64,000 nt of DNA, taken from contig CAWJCH010000031.1 of the NCBI GenBank assembly GCA_963841205.1, positions 5,709 to 69,708 of the forward strand, given 5' to 3'. The notes under the pieces were generated by a model that was given only the letters and a program-made list of their open reading frames with translations, ran no database searches and was not told the DNA's origin. This document shows, piece after piece, positions 37,590-46,994 of this stretch. The DNA comes from an uncultured Chloroflexia bacterium. Lineage in GTDB: Bacteria > Chloroflexota > Ktedonobacteria > Ktedonobacterales > JADMIN01. The position numbers were made by a program, and so were the translations under genes. The stretch's first letter is position 1. Every line of letters begins with the position of its first letter.

Positions 37590-39092
37590 TCATCGCAATG
37601 CTGCAATGGTGCGCGTCATCCGCGCGTGCAGTTCCTCGTAGAGGGTGCTAGCGCCGGGATTCGGCTGGTAGGTTCGCGTGACATACGAGCCCGCCGCCGC
37701 GCCGCTCGCCAGCGACGCGATCCTCCCCGTGCCGGCGGCCGCAAGCAGCGCCGCGCCGAGCGCCGAGGCGTCCTCCGTGGTGCCGACCTCGACCGGCACG
37801 CCAAAGACGTCCGCCTGCACCCGTGCCCAGAGCGCCGCTCGATTGACGCCGCCCGCCAGTCGCACCCGCTCGATGGAGAGGCCGAGGACCCGCGCCGCCA
37901 CTAGTCCGTCGCGCAGCGCCAGCGCCACTCCCTCGACCGCGGCACGCGTCAGCGTGGCCCGCGTATGTTCGGGCCTCAAGCCGACGAAGGCACCCGCGAC
38001 GCCAGAATCCATCTCCGGTACGCGCATGCCGTTGAGGTGCGGGACGAAGAGCAGCCCGCGTGCCCCCGGCGGTTCGCGTTCGGCCTCCGTCAGCAGCGCG
38101 TCGAGCGCATCATCCTGCGCTCGCCCGGGCAGCAGCAGACCCGCCAGCCAGGCCAGCGCGGACCCACCCGCCAAGATCGCCGTCATCAGGTGCCAGCGAG
38201 CGGGCACGACGTGACAAAGCGTCTGCATCCGCCCCATCGCGTCGATCACTGGCGTGGAGCAGACGGCAGAGAACTGCCCTGCGGTGCCGAGCGTCGCCAG
38301 CCCACAGCCCGCGTCACCGGACTCGCCGACCAACCCCAGGCCCAGCGCGGCGCACTCCGCATCACCTCCACCCGCCATCACCGGCACCCCCGCGCGCAGC
38401 CCCAGTTCACGGGCAGCCACCCCCGTAAGCGTACCCGTCACCTCAGCCGACGCCACAATGGGCGGCAGCAGGTTTGCTGGAATCTCCAGCGCGTCGAGCA
38501 GCTCCGCCGACCACTCGCGTGCGGCAACGTCGCACAGCAAGGTGCCACTGGCGTCGCTGGGATCGGTCGCGTACGCGCCGGTCAGGCGCCAGCGTAGGTA
38601 GTCCTTGGGGAGCACGAGGTGCCGCGCGGCGGCGTAGTGCTCCGGCTCGTGCGCGCGCAGCCACAGCAGCTTGGCGGCGGTCGCGCTGGTGCTCGCCGCG
38701 CTGCCGCTGATCGCTCGCAGCCGCTCGACGCCCACCTGCCGTGTGATGAAGCGTGCCTCTGCCTCGCAGCGAGCATCTGCCCAGGTGTGGCATGGCGCCA
38801 CCGGCTTGCCCTCGGCGTCGAGCAACAGCAAGCCATGCATCTGGCCGCTCAGCCCGATCGATGCAACGCGCCCGAGCGGCACGCCACGCGCATCGAGCTC
38901 GGCGAGCGCATCCGCAGCCGCGCGCCACCAATGCTCCGGCTGCTGTTCCGCCCAGCCGGGCTTGGGCCGCGAGAGCGGATATGCCCGCGACGTGCCGGCG
39001 ACGACGTGGCCAGCGCCGTCCATCACCAGCGCCTTGAGGCTCGATGTGCCAAGGTCAAAGCCGAGGGTCAGATCCTCCGCGGGGGCACTCAT
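37590..39092 (-). CDS. FGGY-family carbohydrate kinase (xylulokinase-like)
   Basis: LGFDLGTSSLKALVMD, GWAEQQPEHWW, GLSGQMHGLLLLD and GGGDAECAALG. The start ATG overlaps the upstream stop (ATGA at 39089-39092). Confidence 0.8.
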   Translation of the reverse strand: MSAPAEDLTLGFDLGTSSLKALVMDGAGHVVAGTSRAYPLSRPKPGWAEQQPEHWWRAAADALAELDARGVPLGRVASIGLSGQMHGLLLLDAEGKPVAPCHTWADARCEAEARFITRQVGVERLRAISGSAASTSATAAKLLWLRAHEPEHYAAARHLVLPKDYLRWRLTGAYATDPSDASGTLLCDVAAREWSAELLDALEIPANLLPPIVASAEVTGTLTGVAARELGLRAGVPVMAGGGDAECAALGLGLVGESGDAGCGLATLGTAGQFSAVCSTPVIDAMGRMQTLCHVVPARWHLMTAILAGGSALAWLAGLLLPGRAQDDALDALLTEAEREPPGARGLLFVPHLNGMRVPEMDSGVAGAFVGLRPEHTRATLTRAAVEGVALALRDGLVAARVLGLSIERVRLAGGVNRAALWARVQADVFGVPVEVGTTEDASALGAALLAAAGTGRIASLASGAAAGSYVTRTYQPNPGASTLYEELHARMTRTIAALR

Positions 39093-41644
39093 GGCGACGG
39101 CGGCTGCGGCGCGGCGCCGAAGGTGAAGCGCAGGTCCGTCGAGAGCGGAGTGTCGTAGGTGACGGTCTTCTTGCCCTCTGCGGAGACGTGCTGCGCGGGA
39201 TGCAAGGTCACCTTCGCCTCGTAGTCCGTGCCACCCTGGCGCCGTATGAGGTCGGTATACGGCACCACGCTCGCCGCCACGTTCGCCGTCGATGCCGGCG
39301 CCACGCCCGGCACATACCAGCTCAGTGTCAACGTCGCGGTACAGCCCAGCGGGACCACGACGTTGCCGGCCCACATCGCCAGGTTCGCCACATCGCTGGT
39401 GGTCGCCGTCGGCCCGCCGAGCGTCATCAACGGAGGATCGCGGTCATTGCCGGGCAGAAGCGTACCGGTACGCGGCCCCGGCGTATATCTGCCGCCTGTG
39501 CAGACCAGGTTGCCGGGATAGGGATTGCCATTGCAGGTGGAGGAGGTACATTGCTGCGTTGTGCTCTGGAATCCATACGCGCTTTTGAGCTGCGCCCCCT
39601 TCGGCGCGTAGATGCGCACGTAATCCCAGTATGAGACGAAATCGCCAGGGACGATGTTGGCGTCGTAGTTATCGAACGTAATGGTCACGTCATGCGTCGC
39701 GCCGCCCTTGTCGTCCAGGGTGACGTTGTCCTCTTCGAGCGAGTTGATGTGCGCATCTACCTTGCCCGCCGACCAATTCGTGCTATCCACCATGAAGCCG
39801 TCAGTGCCAACTGGGAAACCTATCGCGCCGCCTGCCGAATGCTGTAGCAGCAGGTTCTCGAGCGCCTTATTGGTCACATAAAACTGAATGTTGTGCGCTT
39901 GCATGTCTATGAACACCTGCTTCGCCACCGGCACCAGCTGCTTGAGGGTGAGGCCGCGCAGGCGTGCTTCGAGTGCCGTCGCCATCGTCCGGACGAAGTA
40001 GTGACGTGCGTTGTTGCCCGACGGCTCGCAGTCGGTCGTCGAGCCGCCCTGTTGCAGGCAGATGCTCTGATCGACGGCTGCGCCGGCTTGCGTCAATTGG
40101 TAGAAGTGAATCTTATCGACCAGGTTATCTGCCGTCACCGTCTCGTTGAAGAGGGGCACGGTCAGCGGCCCTGTCACCTTCAGGAGATCGCCCATCGCGG
40201 TCGACGTGAACTGGATCACCCCGTCTGTGTTGCCGCCGCCCAGGCTCTTGAAGAAGGGATTCGTCGCCTCGCTCTTAAAGACGCTCATCAGCAATTGAGC
40301 GTCGGTGGGGAAATCGGCGGCTAGGTTCGCGTCGCGCAGGCCCCAGTTGGTAATAGGCCACCACGAATACGGCGCAGGCGCATGGCGACCGTTGCCGTTG
40401 TCCCCAAAGATCCAGCCGTTGCTATACCCCGGCGGATTAGCGCACGTGCAGCGGTAGTCCAAATCATCCATAGAGAGAATGGGAAGACTGCCGATCTTGC
40501 CGTCCTGGACGTTCAAAATGCTGTACTGGCCGCTGAAGCCGCCGCTCGACCGAAGCTCCGTACTGTCCAGTTCTTCCACGAGGAAATGACGCGGCCCGTC
40601 CACGCCGGCGAGCCACCCGATCGGCTGGATCAAACTATCCGCCTGTTGCAGATCGCTCTGCGCCTTGGGCAGCTCGCCGACAAGCTGCGTGAACTCTGTC
40701 TTCTGTGAGGCGCAGATCGGCAGGTCAGCCACGTTGATCGACGCCACCTGCACCTGGATGTCGGCCAGCAGCTTGACGGAGTCATCCATCGCCTTTTGGA
40801 GGCTAGTCACGTCCGCCTGCGTCAGCAGCGATTGGCCGCCGAGGCTCGCGCCATGGAGTCGCGTCAGGAGGGGCAACGCCGCGTTTGAAAGCTCGACGCC
40901 CATCGCGGACACGTCGTATCCCGCGGTCGCCAGCCCCCGCGCCGTCATCATCTCGCCCGAGACCTTCGGCACGTCGCCGGCGATGTTGAGGATCCAGTCG
41001 GGACGATTCAGGCGCCCTTGCAGCTGCGCGAAGTCACCCTCGGCGGCAGTCAACTCGGCCTGCGCCTTCTTCACCGTGGTGGCGTCCGGGATACTGCCGG
41101 AGAGCAACGAGCTGACCGAGAAACCGGACGAGCTCGATCCGGGCGTCGCCGTGCCCGACGGCGTCGATATCGCGCAACTGCTCGACGCCGTACCACTGGT
41201 CGGCACGCCTTCGAGGATATCCTTCGCGGTGAGCAGGTGATGTACGCCGGAGAGGCCGATCGCCTTAATTTCGTCGTAGTCGCGCAGCCCACTCACCGCC
41301 GCGACGACACCGGGGATGGCGACCGCCAACACGATCGAAAACACGACGGCGAGCACGATCAGCCGGCGCCGCCAACTCTTGCGGCGCCGCGCCGGCGCCG
41401 GCCGCGAAGCAGCGTCGTATGTCGGAGCCGAATGCTCCGCGCCCGATAGCGAATCTGCCCGCCGCCTCCGAGGGATCGTAGGCGTCCCGCCTTCTGGGCG
41501 AGACGGCCCCATCGCGGTCGCTAAACCTCGCCCTTCGGGGAACGCTTGCCCCGCCGCGACTTGCTCATCGAGCGGCATTCCGGCGCCTTCGTCCCCCGTC
41601 TTAACGTCCATATCTCCCGGTTCCCCCGCGTCAACCATCCACAT
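39089..41644 (-). CDS. DUF4012-domain membrane-anchored protein
   Basis: N-terminal TM helix (LIVLAVVFSIVLAVAIPGVVAAV), then a large extracytoplasmic region with RHFLVEELDSTELRSSGGFSGQYSILNVQDGKIG, which resembles the DUF4012 core as I recall it. Confidence 0.65.
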   Translation of the reverse strand: MWMVDAGEPGDMDVKTGDEGAGMPLDEQVAAGQAFPEGRGLATAMGPSRPEGGTPTIPRRRRADSLSGAEHSAPTYDAASRPAPARRRKSWRRRLIVLAVVFSIVLAVAIPGVVAAVSGLRDYDEIKAIGLSGVHHLLTAKDILEGVPTSGTASSSCAISTPSGTATPGSSSSGFSVSSLLSGSIPDATTVKKAQAELTAAEGDFAQLQGRLNRPDWILNIAGDVPKVSGEMMTARGLATAGYDVSAMGVELSNAALPLLTRLHGASLGGQSLLTQADVTSLQKAMDDSVKLLADIQVQVASINVADLPICASQKTEFTQLVGELPKAQSDLQQADSLIQPIGWLAGVDGPRHFLVEELDSTELRSSGGFSGQYSILNVQDGKIGSLPILSMDDLDYRCTCANPPGYSNGWIFGDNGNGRHAPAPYSWWPITNWGLRDANLAADFPTDAQLLMSVFKSEATNPFFKSLGGGNTDGVIQFTSTAMGDLLKVTGPLTVPLFNETVTADNLVDKIHFYQLTQAGAAVDQSICLQQGGSTTDCEPSGNNARHYFVRTMATALEARLRGLTLKQLVPVAKQVFIDMQAHNIQFYVTNKALENLLLQHSAGGAIGFPVGTDGFMVDSTNWSAGKVDAHINSLEEDNVTLDDKGGATHDVTITFDNYDANIVPGDFVSYWDYVRIYAPKGAQLKSAYGFQSTTQQCTSSTCNGNPYPGNLVCTGGRYTPGPRTGTLLPGNDRDPPLMTLGGPTATTSDVANLAMWAGNVVVPLGCTATLTLSWYVPGVAPASTANVAASVVPYTDLIRRQGGTDYEAKVTLHPAQHVSAEGKKTVTYDTPLSTDLRFTFGAAPQPPSP

Positions 41645-41918
41645 CTATTTGCGCTGCTATCTGCGCAGGAACTGCCTGGACTCGCGGACCGCCCGGCGTC
41701 ACAGCCACGGTCCGCCGTGCCGGCTGCGAGCGACGAAGCGCAAATCCGCCAGTATCCGCACGATTCTGGCCAGCTATTTCACCGCCACTCAGTATGTACC
41801 GTAGTCCTCGGCAATCGATGCTCACCACACCCAAATGTCACCGGCTCTCTACTTTCAGAAGACGACGCGCGAGGGAGTCTGCAAGTTCCTTGCGCGAGGG
41901 AGCGCCTGCATCTAGCGC

Positions 41919-42539
41919 CTAACTCAGGCACATGTCCTCACCGCTGAGGTCCTCGAAGCAGCCACCATCCTGCGTCAAGATAACCGCTCTATGAATGTTC
42001 GCGAATTGCTTCGGGGTCGCCGTCAGTTCGGCCTTCATCTCGCCGCCGACGACCTCGCCCGGCACGTTCACAATGCGGCAAAACTTGAAGGTCGCCGTGT
42101 CCGTCGTCGGCGTCGATCCCTTTATATTCAGCGTGATCGTGAAGTCGTTTCCTCCACAGGTTGAAACGCCCGAGAGGACACCCAGGAACGGCGTAAAGTA
42201 TCCCGCGGCCGTTTCCGACGCCGTCGGCCCGGCCAGTGACTGCTGCGAGGCGTAGGTGGCGACCGCCAGGCTTGGCGCCGTTCGGCCCACCGCGAAGACC
42301 TCGTTCGCGTCGCTATCCGACTCAGGATGCTTCGAGAAGTAAACTTTGAGGGGATAGGCGACGCTCGTCGCGGTTGGCGCCGTCGCCGCGGTCGCGCGGG
42401 CCGTCGCCGCCACTGTCGGGCTACGCCGGCCAGTGGTCGTCGCGGACGAGCTGCATCCCGCCAGCAGCGCAATGCGCGACACGCACAGCTTCGGTGCCCA
42501 CCGGCGCATCAGCCCGAGCCCCGCGTAGCGCGTGTTCAT
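41919..42539 (-). CDS. Lipoprotein with a GerMN-like domain
   Basis: Lipobox LLAGC, then PLKVYFSK...VFAVGRTAPSLAVATYASQQSLAGPTASETAAGYFTPF (pattern vkvYF...v.R...LL.GPt..E...G). Confidence 0.6.
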   Translation of the reverse strand: MNTRYAGLGLMRRWAPKLCVSRIALLAGCSSSATTTGRRSPTVAATARATAATAPTATSVAYPLKVYFSKHPESDSDANEVFAVGRTAPSLAVATYASQQSLAGPTASETAAGYFTPFLGVLSGVSTCGGNDFTITLNIKGSTPTTDTATFKFCRIVNVPGEVVGGEMKAELTATPKQFANIHRAVILTQDGGCFEDLSGEDMCLS

Positions 42540-42677
42540 GGAACACTCCCCAGCGTCTATCCCCGGTAGCTTCGCGCGGCCGGGTGGCAAACCCACGCCG
42601 CACGCCTACCGCCAGTATAGGCGGCAGCCTGACCCCAGAAATATCGCGTGCGTCACAGTTGCGACCGGCGCGATTGG

Positions 42678-43691
42678 TCAGCGCCGTGGGACGTCCATCG
42701 CCGCGAGGAAAGGCAACGCCAGCAGCAACACATCGTAGGTCAAGCGCGGATTCGCGTTCGCGTCGAATCCCGCCTGCGCCGCCAGCAGCTCGCGCAGGAA
42801 CGCCTCCGCCCGCGACGGACCCACCTTCCGCCCCTGTCGTACGGCCTCCGCCCGCCGCTCGCCCGCCGCGACGAGGTGCGTCGCGCCGCAGGCCGCCAGG
42901 GTGACGTCGCGCCACCAGAGAATCCAGAGCGCCAGGGTAGCGCGCGCCGTCTCAGCGTCGGGCGCAAGCGAGCCGGTCAGCCGCAGTCGTTGATCGCGCG
43001 TCGCTGCCGTCAGCTCCGCCAGCCGGTCGAGCGTCTCCGTCCGTATCGCGCGCAGCTCCGGCTTTTCCAGCGCACGCGCCGCCCACCCGAGCCGACCCTG
43101 CGCCAGCGACGCCAGCAGCCGCGCCTCGTCCTCGGCCGCGTGCCAGCGCTCCCGCAGCGCGGCGACCACCTGCTCCGTCGAAAGCGGCTGCATCGTCAGC
43201 AGTTGGCAGCGCGAGAGCACTGTCGGCAACAGCGACTCCGGCTCCGAGGTGGTCAGCACGATCACCACGCCGGGCGGCGGCTCCTCCAGCGTCTTCAGCA
43301 GGGCGTTGACGGTGCTCGGCGTCATGCGCTCCACGCGCGGCACAATGAAGACGCGCCAGGCCCCCGCGCTCGGCGCCTGATTCGCCATCCGCACGACCGT
43401 CCCGCGCACCGCCTCCACGCCGAGCAAGCGCTTGCCCTCCTCCGGCTCCACTATCGCCACGTCAAGATAGTTGCCGTGCGCGATGCGCAGGCACGTCGTG
43501 CAGACGCCGCACGGTTTCTCGGTCGAAGCTGCCCTCGCCTCGCAGACCAGCAACTTGGCGAAATCGAGTGCGAGCGTCGTCTTGCCGATGCTTTCGGGCC
43601 CCGCAAGTAGATAGGCATGATGCACCTGCCCGCGGTCGAACGCCCCGGCCAGCCGCTGCCAGGTCTGCACATGACCGATCGTGTCCCGCAT
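42678..43691 (-). CDS. holB: DNA polymerase III delta-prime subunit
   Basis: HHAYLLAGPESIGKTTLALDFAKLLVCE, CGVCTTCLRIAHGNYLDV, FIVPRVERMT, NALLKTLEEPP and SRCQLL. Confidence 0.8.
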   Translation of the reverse strand: MRDTIGHVQTWQRLAGAFDRGQVHHAYLLAGPESIGKTTLALDFAKLLVCEARAASTEKPCGVCTTCLRIAHGNYLDVAIVEPEEGKRLLGVEAVRGTVVRMANQAPSAGAWRVFIVPRVERMTPSTVNALLKTLEEPPPGVVIVLTTSEPESLLPTVLSRCQLLTMQPLSTEQVVAALRERWHAAEDEARLLASLAQGRLGWAARALEKPELRAIRTETLDRLAELTAATRDQRLRLTGSLAPDAETARATLALWILWWRDVTLAACGATHLVAAGERRAEAVRQGRKVGPSRAEAFLRELLAAQAGFDANANPRLTYDVLLLALPFLAAMDVPRR

Positions 43692-43883
43692 GCGTCCCCT
43701 CTCTCGCCCGTACACGTCGCCAGCCCGCGCAGCGCGACAGCATGTTGGCATACGCCATTACCACCATGATACATTCTGCGGAAGGTCCCCGCAGCACTGA
43801 CCAGGCAGGCCGCGCAACCTCGCCCAGGTCAACCGCAGACGCGATGCGGGCGTGCCACCGATCCGCTAGACTAGGAGCGCGGC

Positions 43884-44543
43884 ATGGCGGATGAGCTCTT
43901 TGTGGTGCCGTTGTTTCCACTGAACGTGGTGTTGTTTCCCGGCATGGCGCTGCCGCTGCATATCTTCGAGCCGCGTTATCGGGAGATGACCGCCGACTGC
44001 CTGGCCGACCACGCGCCGTTCGGCATCATGCATCGTGCCACGGACGGCGGAGAGGCGCGGAACGACACGACCAAGATCGGTACCTTCGCGCGCATCGCGG
44101 ATTACGAGCAGTTGCCTGACGGCTGCTACAACCTCCTGGCGATGGGCACGCACCGCTTCGAGATCGCTGAGCTGCGCAACGATAAATCGTACCTCACCGG
44201 CCTCGTGCGTCCCGTGCGCGACACCGAAGAGAGCGATGCCGCGGCCCGCCCGCTGCTCCATGACGCCCGCGAGGCATTGCGCACGTACCTTCGCCTGGTG
44301 ATGACGCTGATCGGTGGCGAGGAGCGTCACATCGAGATCCCCGACGACGCCCGCGAATTGTCGTACCTGATCGGCATGTGCCTCACCGACGACGAAGAGA
44401 AGCAGCGCCTGCTTGAGATCACCTCGCTGGTAGAGCGATTGCGCCGCGGCAAGGCGATCCTGCGCGACGAGGCCCAAGCGCTCACACGGCAGCTCCAGGG
44501 CGGCGTCATGCACGCCAAGCCCGACCGCTCCATGCTCAATTGA
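43884..44543 (+). CDS. LON substrate-binding (Lon N-terminal) domain protein
   Basis: VPLFPLNVVLFPGMALPLHIFEPRYREM...FGI...IGTFARIADYEQLPDGCYNLLAMGTHRF. Confidence 0.8.
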   Translation: MADELFVVPLFPLNVVLFPGMALPLHIFEPRYREMTADCLADHAPFGIMHRATDGGEARNDTTKIGTFARIADYEQLPDGCYNLLAMGTHRFEIAELRNDKSYLTGLVRPVRDTEESDAAARPLLHDAREALRTYLRLVMTLIGGEERHIEIPDDARELSYLIGMCLTDDEEKQRLLEITSLVERLRRGKAILRDEAQALTRQLQGGVMHAKPDRSMLN

Positions 44544-44590
44544 CACTCCCCACGGCTGAAGCCGGGGGATGCTCGGTTCTCCGCCGCAGC

Positions 44591-45714
44591 TTACGCCACG
44601 GCTCCCCGAAGCCTTTGCCCAAGGCTCTCTATGTTCTTGGCGGCGTTGTGGTCCCGATGCAGGCTGGTGCCGCAGTCCGGGCACGAGTGCCAGCGGACGG
44701 ACACGCCTTTCGCGACGATGACGCCGCAGCCAGAACAGGTCTGGCTGGTGTAGGCAGCATGGGCACGGCGACGACTGGGCGCCCGGCCCCTGCTGCCTTG
44801 GCGCTCAGGATGCGCAAGAATTGGGACCATCCGGCGTCCTGAATGGACTTCGCCAGGTGGTGGTTCTTGAGCATGTTGGCCGTCTGCAAGTCCTCGTGCG
44901 AGATCGTGTCGTGGGCCTGGACGAGTGCCAACGCCGTCTTGTGGTGGAAGTCGGCGCGCTGGCGCTTCACCTTCAGGTGCGCCTGAGCGAGCAAACCCAC
45001 AGCTTTCCTACGGCGGTTACTTCCCTGCTTGCGGCGACTCACCCGGCGTTGGGCCGTCTTGAGCGCGCGCTCCGCCTTGCGATACCAGCCAGGGTGGACG
45101 ATGCGCGTCCCGTCCGACGTGGTGGCGAAGGCTTCCAGCCCCAGGTCTATCCCCGCCTCCTGGCCGGTGGGTGGGAGCGGCTGCGTCGGCACCTCGGCGC
45201 ACGAGAAGCAGACGTACCAGCCGTCCGCTTCTCGACTGATCGTGACCGTCTTGGGGGTGCCCTCAAGCGGGCGACTCCAACGCAGGGCGATCCTGCCGAT
45301 CTTCGACAGGACCAGGAAGCCATTATCCAGGGTGCCCCCGTTGCCGAATTGCGGGTACGTCAGGCTGTTGTAGCGGTTGCGTCCGTGGAAGCGCGGATAA
45401 CCGGGCGTCTCGCCCGCCTTGACGCGGCGGAAGAAGGCTTGGAAGGCGCGATCTACTCGCTGCACCACGTCCTGCAAGACCTGGCTGTGGACTTCGCCGT
45501 ACTCCGGCATCTCGGCTGTGATGCCGGGATGCTCGGCCTTCTGCTGGTAGGAACCGACGGAGACGCCGCACTTCCGCCAGGCTTCGCGGCGTTCCGCGAC
45601 GGCGGCGTTGTAGACGTGGCGGCAGAGCATCACGGCGCGATCAAGCATCCGCTCCTGTTCGCGTGTCGGTTTCAACGTGAACTTAAAGGTCTTGCGGACC
45701 GCCTGCTCGGCCAT
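44591..45714 (-). pseudogene. tnpB: TnpB (IS605 OrfB / RuvC-like RNA-guided nuclease family) with one frame break near 44760
   Basis: KFTLKPTREQERML..CRHVYNAAV, GIDLGLEAFATTSDG and ISHEDL. After a frame switch it continues AAYTSQTCSGCG...WHSCPDCGTSLHRDHNAAKNI (zinc ribbon plus the third RuvC Asp). Confidence 0.85.
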
Positions 45715-45717
45715 GCC

Positions 45718-46104
45718 CTACTTGCCCTTTTGATTCTGGACGTAGCGTGTGAGCGTTTCCAGCGCGACGCCGCCAGTCGTGGCGACACCGTACGAATTGG
45801 TCCACGGCGAGGGTAGCCGCCGCTTCAGCGCGGGAAACTCCTCGCGCAAGGTATGAGAGCAGTAGCCGTTGAGCAGCTTCATCAGGCGGCGAATGCCGAG
45901 CTGCGGGTCACAACCCACGAGCAGATGCACGTGCTCGGGCATGACCGCAAGCTCGATGAGTTCCTGTCCCCACCGTTCGATCTGCTCGGCAAGCGTCGTT
46001 TTGAGCCGTTCATCTATTGGCGACACGAATGCCGTGCGCCGCTATTTCAGGCAGAAGACGACGTGATATCGAGAGACATAGACGACGTTATTGTTGCTAC
46101 GCAT
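45718..46104 (-). pseudogene. tnpA: IS200/IS605 Y1 (HUH) transposase TnpA with an in-frame TAG at 46042-46044
   Basis: MRSNNNVVYVSRYHVVFCLK*RRTAFVSPIDERL...PEHVHLLV...TRYVQNQ. The stop replaces the Tyr of the conserved KYRR motif. Confidence 0.8.
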
Positions 46105-46274
46105 GTTGCCCATGCAAGCAGTGTATCATAGTAGATATCATGCTGTCAACTACTACGACGCCATCGCCGCCTATGGGCGGCCCAGCTTTCATCCCCCTGC
46201 CTGAAGGCAAGGGGCTTCAGCCGGTATTAGCTAACCGCGCTCAAGGATCCCGCGCCTTCAACGCCCTGGACTCC

Positions 46275-46784
46275 CTAAATCACCGACGCATCGTAGGCGT
46301 CGAGGCGCCAGCCACCGTCCACATAGATCAGCGTGCACATCCCACTGGTAGCGGCTGCCGTGCCGCGCACCAGCGTGATCTGCGCCTGCGCCTGCCCGTT
46401 CGCCGTCGTCGTGGCGCTCGCCGCGCACCGCGTCACGCTGCCCGCCGCGATGTCGAGTTGGCGCTGACTCGCCGCGAACTCCGCCTCCGCGCCGTTAGCC
46501 TGCTGCATGGCGGAGAGCAGTCCGTAGAGGTTCGCGTACCCCTGCCCCAGCAGATCGGTGCAGATCTCGTGCGCAGTGCCGTCCGGCGTGGGCAGCGACG
46601 GCTGTGCGCTCCCCTGTAGCACCGTCAGGACCAGCCCGCCGATGGCACAGAACGCCAAACCGCAGATCACGCCCAGCAACAGCGGCACACGCCCCAAGGG
46701 ACCCAGCCAGCGCGGCGTACCGCCCCTTTCGCGCACGCTCGATTGATTGTCCCTGCGCCGTGCGGCTGCATACTGCTGATCCAT
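46275..46784 (-). CDS. Hypothetical membrane-anchored protein between the two TnpB elements
   Basis: MDQQYAAARRR.., one TM helix (VPLLLGVICGLAFCAIGGLVLTVL), then a small beta-rich domain ending GMCTLIYVDGGWRLDAYD. Confidence 0.5.
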   Translation of the reverse strand: MDQQYAAARRRDNQSSVRERGGTPRWLGPLGRVPLLLGVICGLAFCAIGGLVLTVLQGSAQPSLPTPDGTAHEICTDLLGQGYANLYGLLSAMQQANGAEAEFAASQRQLDIAAGSVTRCAASATTTANGQAQAQITLVRGTAAATSGMCTLIYVDGGWRLDAYDASVI

Positions 46785-46994
46785 GCGCCCCTCATCCTCG
46801 TCGCCTCGCGGATGCTCCAGTATATTCAGCCGACGCGCGGCGGCACAACGCGGCCAGCCCAAACGGCGCGCACGGTTATGAGGCCGTTGCCTCAGCGCGC
46901 GGTCGCATGGTACGCCCTCCTGCGACCGCGCGCGCGACCGACGCGCGCCGCCGACGCGCGCCGCTCACCCCCTATCAAAGGTGGCGGCTGAGTG

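Larger units (their letters stand above)
44541..46222 (-). mobile_element. IS200/IS605-family element, copy 1 (tnpA + tnpB), degenerate
   Basis: Bounded by a conserved 3' stem-loop (44541-44570) and 5' subterminal hairpins (46194-46222). Both genes are disrupted. Confidence 0.7.
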
